Source: a virus (taxonomy: Duplodnaviria; Heunggongvirae; Uroviricota; Caudoviricetes). Taken from it: DNA of 64,000 bases. The position numbers and the translations under genes were made by a program. Under the pieces are notes generated by a model, which was given only the letters and a program-made list of their open reading frames with translations, was not told the origin of the DNA and did no database searches. Below are positions 49,623 through 58,212 of this stretch, piece by piece (position 1 is the first letter of the stretch; every line of letters begins with the position of its first letter). Where the stretch lies: IMG/VR virus record IMGVR_UViG_3300032334_002267, positions 73,310-137,309 of that record. One strand, 5' to 3'.

Positions 49623-49931
49623 TTAAATATTTTTAGTTGCTTCGTATGAAATTCTATCGTAGTCTGATGCAAAGGTCATCGCCATATAAGCTAGGACTTT
49701 CTGCATTGTGCTATCCGCTCTTCCCGATGCTGCTATAAGGTTATTCTCACAAACAGCTTCAACAAAACCTCCTCCGGGTCTAGCACCTATTCTATTAAGT
49801 ACTATAGAAGATCCAATGTGAGCAATGTGGGAAAGCTCTTCTGAGGTTACACCGAATCGGGTTTTAAGCATAACATCATCCCTCTTAACAATGTTATTGC
49901 AGTATTCGATAATTGCATCTATCTTATCCAT
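49623..49931 (-). CDS. hypothetical protein
   Basis: 102-aa ORF. Confidence 0.4.
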   Translation of the reverse strand: MDKIDAIIEYCNNIVKRDDVMLKTRFGVTSEELSHIAHIGSSIVLNRIGARPGGGFVEAVCENNLIAASGRADSTMQKVLAYMAMTFASDYDRISYEATKNI

Positions 49932-49945
49932 AATTTTTATTTTAG

Positions 49946-50047
49946 CGGTCAGGACAGGATTCGAACCTGTATCTTGCCTTTCTGTATCGTCCCACTACTG
50001 GGTTGATTGGGGGGTCGAACCCCATGTTGCCATTACACCACCTGACC
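49946..50047 (-). tRNA. tRNA-like gene, about 102 nt, same acceptor family (GGTCAGG/CCTGACC); possible Ser(CGA) with a very long variable region
   Basis: Reverse complement gives GGTCAGG-TG-GTGT-AATGGCA-ACAT-GGGG-TTCGACC-CCCC-[38 nt]-ACAGG-TTCGAAT-CCTGT-CCTGACC. Confidence 0.45.
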
Positions 50048-50270
50048 AAAAATGCTATCCGAACTTGATAGCAATATAACCAATTCCTATAAAACACAGT
50101 ACGAGTACTGAGATGACGATGTAGGCTTCTATACGAATCGCATCATCGGTAAACGACCCATCTTTTTGTTTTTGGAAGATTTGTTTTTGAACTTCTATCT
50201 TATCCATAATTGTAATTTAGATCACAAATGTAGGGAAAGATTTCGAAAATAAAAAATTAATTGGAGATTT

Positions 50271-50660
50271 TTATAAATCTCTCACAAAAGCAGCGTTTGC
50301 TGTGCTTGGCTCGGTATCGTAATCATCCGGTCCGTTTTCATAATAGTAGTACATAGGTCTGGTTTCCATTCTTTCCTTATTCGAAAGTGTGTGAACCACT
50401 CTATGACTTAAAGCGTCGTCTTCCCTATCGGGATTTTCGTTAGTCCAATACTCGTCCAATAAAACATCAAGTTCATATTCTATACTTTTTGTAATTATAA
50501 AATCAATTTCTTTAAAACTAGGTAGTCTCCAACCAGGTCCAAGTTTTTTAAGATTTAATTCAATCTCATCCCAGGTTGTTAAAGTATTATTAGCTCCTGC
50601 TGTTGGAAGATAAAACTCTAAGTTATTCCACTTGCTCTTTTTGTAATCTGAAAAATCCAT
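50271..50660 (-). CDS. hypothetical protein
   Basis: 129-aa ORF. Confidence 0.4.
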   Translation of the reverse strand: MDFSDYKKSKWNNLEFYLPTAGANNTLTTWDEIELNLKKLGPGWRLPSFKEIDFIITKSIEYELDVLLDEYWTNENPDREDDALSHRVVHTLSNKERMETRPMYYYYENGPDDYDTEPSTANAAFVRDL

Positions 50661-50669
50661 ATAGATAAT

Positions 50670-51503
50670 TTAAGCTATTGAGCTAGCCCAAGATCCTAAT
50701 CTTAATGTTGCTAAAGTTGCTGGGCCCAAATATTTTTTAAAGTCTCTGATGTTGTTTCTAAGACATTGTATTCCAGCGTTTACATTGTTATCCAGATTAT
50801 AAATATTTCCACCAGGAACGTATTTACTGAATTCACTCTGACTAAGAGCAAATAGCCCTTTGTATTTACTGTTGCCCGAATTGGGATTAAATCCAGATTC
50901 TATATTTGCTACTGTTGCTGCAAATTCAAACGGAACTCCGTATTTTGTGCAGTACTTTTGGATAGTTTGTTTTACTGCTGCATTCTTTGGCTGACTGATA
51001 AGGGTAAGTGCCTCTTTACCTTTAGAAGCCCATTTCTCTTTCCACATATTTAAAAATAACAAAGCAGCAGTTTTCTGATCGCCTGCATCTAAAGCTTTTA
51101 TTAGATTAGCTTTGATTTGAGGTCTATCCTTAGGGATGTTCATTACCAGATTTGCGTACTTGGTTCCTTTTTTTGTTTTGATTGTATCTGGTGCCATCTT
51201 ACCCGTTCCTTGAGAAGCCTGAATTAGACCTTTAGCTCCAGCAATACCCTGTTGATGTTGCATATACAAAGTGAAATCATCATTTCCAGGAACAATCTTA
51301 ACGTCTATTCCAGAAGTTCCGTTGCCTGAATCTATAGATGTTTGTTCCCCAGGTTTATGTGTACCTATTGTTGTTGGGGTTTCGCTATCTGATTTTTTGT
51401 CATCATCGCTCATAAGGTCTTTAAACATTGCTCCAGCAGCAGCGAGTAGAGAGTCTCCCCCTCCTTCGTTTAGAAATTCAGAAAATGATTTTATATTGCT
51501 CAT
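50670..51503 (-). CDS. lytic-transglycosylase-like protein with N-terminal MSNIKSFSEFLNE
   Basis: IESGFNPNSGNSKYKGLFALSQSEF. Confidence 0.55.
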   Translation of the reverse strand: MSNIKSFSEFLNEGGGDSLLAAAGAMFKDLMSDDDKKSDSETPTTIGTHKPGEQTSIDSGNGTSGIDVKIVPGNDDFTLYMQHQQGIAGAKGLIQASQGTGKMAPDTIKTKKGTKYANLVMNIPKDRPQIKANLIKALDAGDQKTAALLFLNMWKEKWASKGKEALTLISQPKNAAVKQTIQKYCTKYGVPFEFAATVANIESGFNPNSGNSKYKGLFALSQSEFSKYVPGGNIYNLDNNVNAGIQCLRNNIRDFKKYLGPATLATLRLGSWASSIA

Positions 51504-51535
51504 TAGTATTACTTTTTTTGTATATATTCTTTAAT

Positions 51536-52288
51536 TTAAAACATGTGTCTAGATTTGTTATATCTAGCCATCATTTCCAGTCTTTTAACCTCTTCGTTAG
51601 ATAAATCCTCTTTTATATCGGGATAGAGTAGTGACTTGTCCTCCTCTCCTAGTCTAAAAGTCCATATGTCTAATAACGCCTCCTTATATGATTTGCCCTT
51701 GCGCATCTCAGGTAAAATATAATGAATCGCTGATTCTGATATTGGATTTTTCTGACCGTTAAACCCACTGGTTACAACATTTACTTTAAGACCTCTGAGA
51801 GAAACCACATTGTTATTATTAAAATATAAAGATCCGATTTCTCCTGATTGGGGAAGTCCTTCTAAATTTTCAAGAAGATTATGCGAACAATCATAATTTT
51901 CAAAAACCTGACTAGGACCACCCTGAAGTGTTAAAAGATTGTTGTTTGAACAATCAAAGTTTCCTCCAATAAAATCAGGAGATCCTTCGAGTGTTTCAAG
52001 TTTATTGTAACTACAATCAAAACTATGGGAAACTTTTCTAGGACTACCCTCTAGTGATTCTAGAAGATTTTTAGAGCAATTAAAATATGAAACTTTCCCA
52101 AATTTTAATCCCATAAAGTCCTTTAGGTTATTCCCACTAACATCAAAGCTATATCCCGAATTTATAAATCCATCCTCCATCGACCAAGGATTCCCTCTGA
52201 ATCCCATATTCAAAAAATCTATCTGTTCCTCGGTGAGTTCTGAGGTTACATTTGACTCAAACAATCTATATGTCTTAATGTGTTTCAT
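51536..52288 (-). CDS. LRR-repeat paralog-family protein
   Basis: MKHIKTYRLFES plus 22-aa repeats. Confidence 0.55.
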   Translation of the reverse strand: MKHIKTYRLFESNVTSELTEEQIDFLNMGFRGNPWSMEDGFINSGYSFDVSGNNLKDFMGLKFGKVSYFNCSKNLLESLEGSPRKVSHSFDCSYNKLETLEGSPDFIGGNFDCSNNNLLTLQGGPSQVFENYDCSHNLLENLEGLPQSGEIGSLYFNNNNVVSLRGLKVNVVTSGFNGQKNPISESAIHYILPEMRKGKSYKEALLDIWTFRLGEEDKSLLYPDIKEDLSNEEVKRLEMMARYNKSRHMF

Positions 52289-52491
52289 TATAAAGAATTA
52301 GTGAAATCTATGATGTCTGTGGTGATTTAACTTTTTTGCGGGTACACATTTAAAACAGGTCTTATGTCTATTCGGTTTAACGATTAAACAAGATTGAATG
52401 CCAAATGAAAATGAAATTAAAAGAGCAAATATTGCGGTTTTTATCATGTTTTTACAGGTTATGTCTACTTATATATCGTAAAAAAAGATCC

Positions 52492-53244
52492 CTAGAATCC
52501 CAATTCTCCTAAGTCAGACATTAGTTCAGCATCAGAGGAAAACTCCTCAGAAATTTTAGAATAAAGATTTGGCATTTTTTTCTTTATATCCGAAACCAAG
52601 CCTATCTTTTTAATCGGATTATTCTCGATGTAAGATTTAACTCTTTTTACTAATATAGGGTCAGAAATATCACTAGGCAGAGTGAATAACATTAGAGCAA
52701 AATCGGAATCAGGAATGCGAATGCTGGAAAGACATTCTAGAAAAGCTTCTGTATAAGAACTTTTTTTATCAGAATTTATTCTTACCTTTAGCATCTCGCG
52801 GCACACTGCATCAAGAACTTTTTCTGAGACAGGATTATCATACGACCAAAAATTACCACCAATATGTACAGGAAGTCCTTCCAGAGACACTATTCTATTT
52901 TTTTCACACCAAAGGCTTTCCCCCACTCTAGTAGGTGCTCCAACTAAAGACGTAAGTCTATTACCATCACAAACAAAACTTCCCTCAACATTTATTGGCG
53001 CTCCTTCAAGGGATTCAAGAAGATTGTTTTTACAGATGAAATTACCCTTGATGTGGCCGAATTTTACACCTTTGAAATCGGTTAGACCCTGATCATTGCA
53101 CCAAAACCCACCATATACATCTACAAGTCCATCCTCGTTAATATCCCATCTAGATCCCAATGCGGATTTATTCAACCAAGCCTCCTGCTCTGAAGTGAGA
53201 ATACCTACGCTCTCGAAAAACTTATAGCTATTAATGTGCTTCAT
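52492..53244 (-). CDS. LRR-repeat paralog-family protein (ends ...SDLGELGF)
   Basis: MKHINSYKFFES, repeats, C-terminal module. Confidence 0.6.
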   Translation of the reverse strand: MKHINSYKFFESVGILTSEQEAWLNKSALGSRWDINEDGLVDVYGGFWCNDQGLTDFKGVKFGHIKGNFICKNNLLESLEGAPINVEGSFVCDGNRLTSLVGAPTRVGESLWCEKNRIVSLEGLPVHIGGNFWSYDNPVSEKVLDAVCREMLKVRINSDKKSSYTEAFLECLSSIRIPDSDFALMLFTLPSDISDPILVKRVKSYIENNPIKKIGLVSDIKKKMPNLYSKISEEFSSDAELMSDLGELGF

Positions 53245-53257
53245 CTCTTATATATCA

Positions 53258-53288
53258 TAAAAAAGCAGGGGTTATTGGCCCCCGCTTT
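53258..53288 (-). terminator. rho-independent terminator (minus strand)
   Basis: AGCGGGGG-CCAATAA-CCCCTGCT-T6 read on the minus strand. Confidence 0.6.
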
Positions 53289-53328
53289 TGATAAAAATCT
53301 CATTGATATGTGAGATCTAAAATATTTA

Positions 53329-54762
53329 TTAATTTAATGAGTAATTTCTTATAGCTAATTTATTAACCTTTAACCCTTTAACTAACTCTCCGTCTTGCTT
53401 GTAAATAACGATGTCATATTTATTTGAGGTGTTAAGCTCGTATTTAAAAACTGTCATTGGTTTCCCATCTTCACTTACTGGGCTGCAACATCCATTTAAA
53501 CATTTTTTATTTCTAGGATCGCCGTGATTAGCACCAAAGAAAGACATTATACCAATAAATGATACATCCTTAGGATCGAACTGAGTACCGTCAGTGTGAT
53601 TGATATAAACCTCATAAACTCCCATAGGAAGTTCATCGAAAGTGGTTGAGATCTCTAATAAAGTTTTAGAGTTGTTATAATTGGCTGGACTCGTTAAAGT
53701 ACCAACGTGTGTTGATTTTCCTTTTATTAGAGTGTTTGGAGTTGAAGAAGCAAGAATTTCTCTAGGTCCTATTTTAGCATCAGGAGCATTTGTGTTAAGA
53801 TAAACCTTAGTGTCATCATAATCATAGTCCATGTTATAAACAACAGCCATAACCTCCTCTGGAGTGTAGACTACAGATTTACCATTCTCGTCGAAGAATT
53901 GATATTTCCAAGGATTATCCTTTAACTGCTGTAAAGTTATTTTCTGACCATACGGAGAATTCAGCCACTTTTGAAAAACTCTATCAATGTTTGAATGATG
54001 AGTCCAAAAGATAGGATCGAATCCTGCTGTAGGAACTTGAGCCATTAAACCAGTTAGAGAATTTTTCTGCATGATTCTATTATAGTAGATGTCATGAATG
54101 TGGTTACCCATACCGATGTAGTTATGCATGGTTCCATGTATTCCTCTATCAAAGTTCGAATTGAATGTTTGATAATCTGTGATCTGCATTAGTTTAGGAT
54201 AATCCCCGTCAATGGCTCTACGTGCTGATCCCTCTATAGGTTTACCGCTATTTAATGATTTAACTCTGGCTTCTTCATACAGTGAGCTACTAGTGTCTCT
54301 CCATTCGGTTGGCATGATCTTATCTGGGTTATTATAGTTTGTGTAACCCCAGTAAGGCAAAGCAAAATCTTTTTTACCTGATGTTTTTCTAACTATCTTT
54401 TCGAAGTGCCAGATATACATTCTGTGCCAGATCAGGAAGTTTATTTCTTCTGCCCCGCTATTTGAGTGCGTGCACTCATCCCAAGCCATTTTTAATTCTG
54501 TCCAATCTGCATATGATTCACACAGCTTATTGGAATCAATTTGTTGAGGAACCCAGTGGATTGCTGCTTGGTAATACCAGCTTGTAGGATCGTTACAGTC
54601 TTTTGACTTCATAATCTCCATAGCCTTGTTCATTGCCTCAACGTCTGCCTGAGCATCGGAGGTGTTTGCGTTTTTCCTCACATATCTAGAACCCGATTTA
54701 TCGTTGCAAGAAGCAACAAGTAGAACAGACAGGATACTGAGAACACTTAATACTTTTCTCAT
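53329..54762 (-). CDS. tyrosinase/polyphenol-oxidase-family copper protein, lipoprotein
   Basis: CuA FLIWHRMYIWHFE and CuB FDPIFWTHHSNIDR signatures; lipobox LLVASC; start probably at MRKVL. Confidence 0.75.
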   Translation of the reverse strand: MRKVLSVLSILSVLLVASCNDKSGSRYVRKNANTSDAQADVEAMNKAMEIMKSKDCNDPTSWYYQAAIHWVPQQIDSNKLCESYADWTELKMAWDECTHSNSGAEEINFLIWHRMYIWHFEKIVRKTSGKKDFALPYWGYTNYNNPDKIMPTEWRDTSSSLYEEARVKSLNSGKPIEGSARRAIDGDYPKLMQITDYQTFNSNFDRGIHGTMHNYIGMGNHIHDIYYNRIMQKNSLTGLMAQVPTAGFDPIFWTHHSNIDRVFQKWLNSPYGQKITLQQLKDNPWKYQFFDENGKSVVYTPEEVMAVVYNMDYDYDDTKVYLNTNAPDAKIGPREILASSTPNTLIKGKSTHVGTLTSPANYNNSKTLLEISTTFDELPMGVYEVYINHTDGTQFDPKDVSFIGIMSFFGANHGDPRNKKCLNGCCSPVSEDGKPMTVFKYELNTSNKYDIVIYKQDGELVKGLKVNKLAIRNYSLN

Positions 54763-54852
54763 TTTAATTGTTTTTTTAGTGTACATTAATTTATTATAGA
54801 GCAAAACAATTCAGGGGTTTCAGAGGATTCTTAGATAACACACACAAAAAAA

Positions 54853-54880
54853 GCAGACCAAAGCCTGCTTAAACTATATG
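54853..54880 (-). terminator. hairpin terminator (minus strand)
   Basis: AAGCAG-ACCAAAGC-CTGCTT plus T7 on the minus strand. Confidence 0.5.
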
Positions 54881-54891
54881 ATTAGTTATAT

Positions 54892-55584
54892 TTACTTCTC
54901 TTTCTTCTGAAGTTCTTTACTATACTCAGCAACAGGAACCGGCGTGCCAACAGGATAAGGAAATCCCAATTTAGCTGCTGTTATTGAAGTCATACCGTTT
55001 TGAACCGGTATTGCTTTACGTAATGGAACTGCTGCTTCATTAAGTGGTCCATACACTTTTGCCAATACAATACCTGTAGATGTTGTGTCGAAGATAACGC
55101 CTGGCATTGCAAACATGTTACTCTCACTTGTACTTGGAGAATCCAAATTGATCACAAAAGCTCTATTCACAGGTGGTAGTAATTCCCACTTCTTGGTTTC
55201 AGGATTAAATTGAGGAATGGTTGTTGTGGAATCGTAGTACCAAAACAAAGACCATATAGTATTACTTGTTCCATCGGGGGTTTGGAAGTTATTCTTTACG
55301 TTGAAATTTCCATAGGTTCCGCTGAAACCTTCCATTGCTAAATTAGAAAGAGATGGTCCGTCTAATACTGGACATATTGCACATCCTTCATCATACTCAA
55401 CTCCTTGTATAACAATCTTTTTCCCTGTAGGAACCGCTGCTGATGCTCCGCAAAAAGCAAAAGCTCCTTGATGCACTTCTACGATTTTCTCAGCCTTGAT
55501 GTCTTCCGCTGTTTCTGTTTTTGTGCTTGTTTCACAGCCAAATAACATAGTAGCAGCAACAACACTTAAAATAAATTTTTTCAT
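54892..55584 (-). CDS. lipoprotein
   Basis: MKKFILSVVAATMLFGC lipobox. Confidence 0.5.
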   Translation of the reverse strand: MKKFILSVVAATMLFGCETSTKTETAEDIKAEKIVEVHQGAFAFCGASAAVPTGKKIVIQGVEYDEGCAICPVLDGPSLSNLAMEGFSGTYGNFNVKNNFQTPDGTSNTIWSLFWYYDSTTTIPQFNPETKKWELLPPVNRAFVINLDSPSTSESNMFAMPGVIFDTTSTGIVLAKVYGPLNEAAVPLRKAIPVQNGMTSITAAKLGFPYPVGTPVPVAEYSKELQKKEK

Positions 55585-55620
55585 AATCGTGTTTATCTTT
55601 ATATGAGGATTTTTTTCGGC

Positions 55621-55929
55621 TTATTCCGACCAAGCTGGATTAGCAATAATCAGCTTTCCCCCTTCTATTCTTGGAATAGGCTCTGTTGAGTTATAGTCAT
55701 CATAAACTATGTCTTCTGAGTAGAATTTTTTTCCGTCAAACATAACGTAGTTGTGTTCGTCTCTTGAGACGTTATCTCTACCCGTAGCGCTCCAACCTTG
55801 GCCTCTATAGGAGTCGTGTGCAGCTTGGTGTATTGATGGTTTACCGAAAAGTCTATCCCAAAGTCCCTCATTTACCTCAGATTGAGGTTGATTTGAGTTG
55901 AAATTCTCATATTTTTTAAGATTCTCCAT
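55621..55929 (-). CDS. hypothetical protein (MENLKKYENF)
   Basis: 102-aa ORF. Confidence 0.4.
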   Translation of the reverse strand: MENLKKYENFNSNQPQSEVNEGLWDRLFGKPSIHQAAHDSYRGQGWSATGRDNVSRDEHNYVMFDGKKFYSEDIVYDDYNSTEPIPRIEGGKLIIANPAWSE

Positions 55930-55969
55930 TTTTATTGTTTTTTTTTATATTATTTTTCTATATATCGCA

Positions 55970-56878
55970 TTAAAACCCAAGATCCATCAAATCCGAAGTG
56001 GCTCCATCCGGATCTAATTGATCCTTAACCTTAGACCAAACATCCGGCAGAGTGTCTTTAATTTCTCCGTAGATCTCAAACTTATCTGACGGGGAAAAGT
56101 TATTCGATAGTATACAGTCAACGTCTAATAGTGACAGAAGCATTTCTTTTAATTTAGGTTGAAAATGCCTCCAATCGTCCACTTCTTTTAACTTTGCAAG
56201 GAGGGTTTTGACAAATTCAGCATCACCTTTTTTGTCCCAGCCTTTAGACCAATTTAATAACCCGGATAAACCTTCATCCCCCACGAAGTTGCCTACACTT
56301 TCAGGTGCTCCTGCAAAGGAGGTAAGTTTTATATTATGAGAACAATTGAATAGTTTGCCAACAGTCAGAGGTGCTCCTTCCAGATTTTTAAGATCATTAA
56401 AGCGACAATCGAAATTCCCACCAACAGTCTCTGGTGCTCCATCTAGACTTTCTAGATTATTAGAGCTACAGGAGAAATCTCCACCAACACTCAGAGGTGC
56501 TCCTTTCAGATTTTTAAGCGGTTTACACCAATCGCAATTGAAATCTCCCACAACAGTCTCTGGTGATCCATCTAGACTTTCTAGAGGATTAGAGCTACAA
56601 TCGAAATTCCCACCAACACTCAGAGGCGCTCCAGTCAGAATTTTGAGCTCATTTTGTTTACACGTGAAATCCCCTTCAACCCGTCCAAATTTTACCCCCT
56701 TAAAATCCTCCAGATTTTGAAGAATGCAATTGAAATTCCCCATAACATCAACAAGACCTGTTGATGGATTAAGAGCCCAACCTTTAGAGTTTTTTGTACA
56801 GCTATTCAACCAATAGATCTGTTGTTCAGTAAGAGATGTAGGAGTATTAAAATCCTCGAATAATTTTACATGCTTCAT
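55970..56878 (-). CDS. LRR-repeat paralog-family protein (ends ...SDLMDLGF)
   Basis: Start at MKHVKLFEDF; the upstream part of the table ORF is the neighbour's C-terminus plus the TATATA box. Confidence 0.6.
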   Translation of the reverse strand: MKHVKLFEDFNTPTSLTEQQIYWLNSCTKNSKGWALNPSTGLVDVMGNFNCILQNLEDFKGVKFGRVEGDFTCKQNELKILTGAPLSVGGNFDCSSNPLESLDGSPETVVGDFNCDWCKPLKNLKGAPLSVGGDFSCSSNNLESLDGAPETVGGNFDCRFNDLKNLEGAPLTVGKLFNCSHNIKLTSFAGAPESVGNFVGDEGLSGLLNWSKGWDKKGDAEFVKTLLAKLKEVDDWRHFQPKLKEMLLSLLDVDCILSNNFSPSDKFEIYGEIKDTLPDVWSKVKDQLDPDGATSDLMDLGF

Positions 56879-56894
56879 TGTCCTATATATCGCA

Positions 56895-58196
56895 TTAAAA
56901 CCCAAGGTCAAGCAAATCCGAAGTGGCTCCGTCTGGATCTACTTTGTCTTTAATCTTATTCCAAATATCAGGCATATTGTCTTTGATTAATCCGTAGATC
57001 TCAAACTTCTCATCTGGTGGAAGAGATTTAGATAGAAGGTAATCAGACATATCTTTAGCACCTTTAGCCCCTAGCATTGACAGAAGCATTGTTTTTAATC
57101 TGGGTTTGTCAACTGGTTTATCTTTATCATACTCAAGATCTTCAATTTCTTTTAACTTGCTCATGACAGTTTTGATAAATTCAGCACCGCCCTTTTTATT
57201 CCATCCCTGCTTCCAATCCAATATGAAGAACCCACGCTCGGAATTCCAATTTTTAATAAAGAAATTTCCAACACTTTCTGGTGCTTCTGCAAGTGAGACG
57301 AGAGGATTATCCGCACATTGAAAAGAACCCTCCACCACCTCTGGAGCTCCTTCTAGGGTTTTAAGAGAATTGTACCCGCAATTAAAAATTCCTTTTATTC
57401 TCTTGGGTGCTCCCTCAAGCGAGGTAAGGGCATTTTGTGCACAATTGAAATATCCACCAACTTCCTGAGGTGCTTCCTTAAGCGAGGTAAGGGCATTTTG
57501 TGCACAATTGAAATCCCCGCCAACCTTTCGGGGTGCTCCCTCTAGAGATTTGAGTCCAGCACTCTGGATATTAAAATAACCACTCACCTCTCCAAACTTA
57601 ATCCCCCTAAATCCGAGTTTGTTTTCAGCGATTGATGAAAAATTTCCAGAGATATCAATCTCCCCTGTGGTTTCGTTGAACTCCCACTCTCCCTTTGTTG
57701 ATTTATTCATCCAGTTAACCACTGATGGAGTGAGTCCGTGTCTTTTGTATAATTCACCCATGGGATCAGTAATCCCAGTTCTGCTTACAACACCCTCTCT
57801 AACCTTTGGCAGATCCAATAACACATCGATCATCTCAGGATTGGCCTTCATGAAGTCGTCTAGGTCTTTAACGGGAATTAAAGAAATGCCTTTTTTGGCG
57901 AATCTTTTAATCACGTAGTAGAGTAGGCTTGACATTATCTTTGGTCCAGAGGTCATTGAAGATTGATACACGTAACCCTGATCTGACGTTCTCACATAGC
58001 CACCCGCAGTGAGTCTGTGAACAACTTTAGAATATGAGGACCCGATTGAAACAGTGCCTTTGCTGTTTGTTCCTAGAATTTCAAATCCCATTAGTTGTAG
58101 GAGTTTCCACTCAGGCAGATCCTGCCAGTTGCCAGCCCAATCCTCGGATGTGATGGCCTTGGATTCGAATAAGGAGAAAGGTAGAAGATTTTTCAT
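56895..58196 (-). CDS. LRR-repeat paralog-family protein (ends ...SDLLDLGF)
   Basis: Start at MKNLLPFSLFES. Confidence 0.6.
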   Translation of the reverse strand: MKNLLPFSLFESKAITSEDWAGNWQDLPEWKLLQLMGFEILGTNSKGTVSIGSSYSKVVHRLTAGGYVRTSDQGYVYQSSMTSGPKIMSSLLYYVIKRFAKKGISLIPVKDLDDFMKANPEMIDVLLDLPKVREGVVSRTGITDPMGELYKRHGLTPSVVNWMNKSTKGEWEFNETTGEIDISGNFSSIAENKLGFRGIKFGEVSGYFNIQSAGLKSLEGAPRKVGGDFNCAQNALTSLKEAPQEVGGYFNCAQNALTSLEGAPKRIKGIFNCGYNSLKTLEGAPEVVEGSFQCADNPLVSLAEAPESVGNFFIKNWNSERGFFILDWKQGWNKKGGAEFIKTVMSKLKEIEDLEYDKDKPVDKPRLKTMLLSMLGAKGAKDMSDYLLSKSLPPDEKFEIYGLIKDNMPDIWNKIKDKVDPDGATSDLLDLGF

Positions 58197-58200
58197 ATTG

Positions 58201-58212
58201 CTATATATCGCA
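58201..58212 (-). promoter_or_regulatory. TGCGATATATAG box between the stop and start of tandem paralogs
   Basis: Same 12-mer at 55958-55969 and 56883-56894; variants at 59405-59415, 47963-47974, 44506-44515 (-), 44547-44556 (+), 53246-53258 and 60497-60509. Confidence 0.5.
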
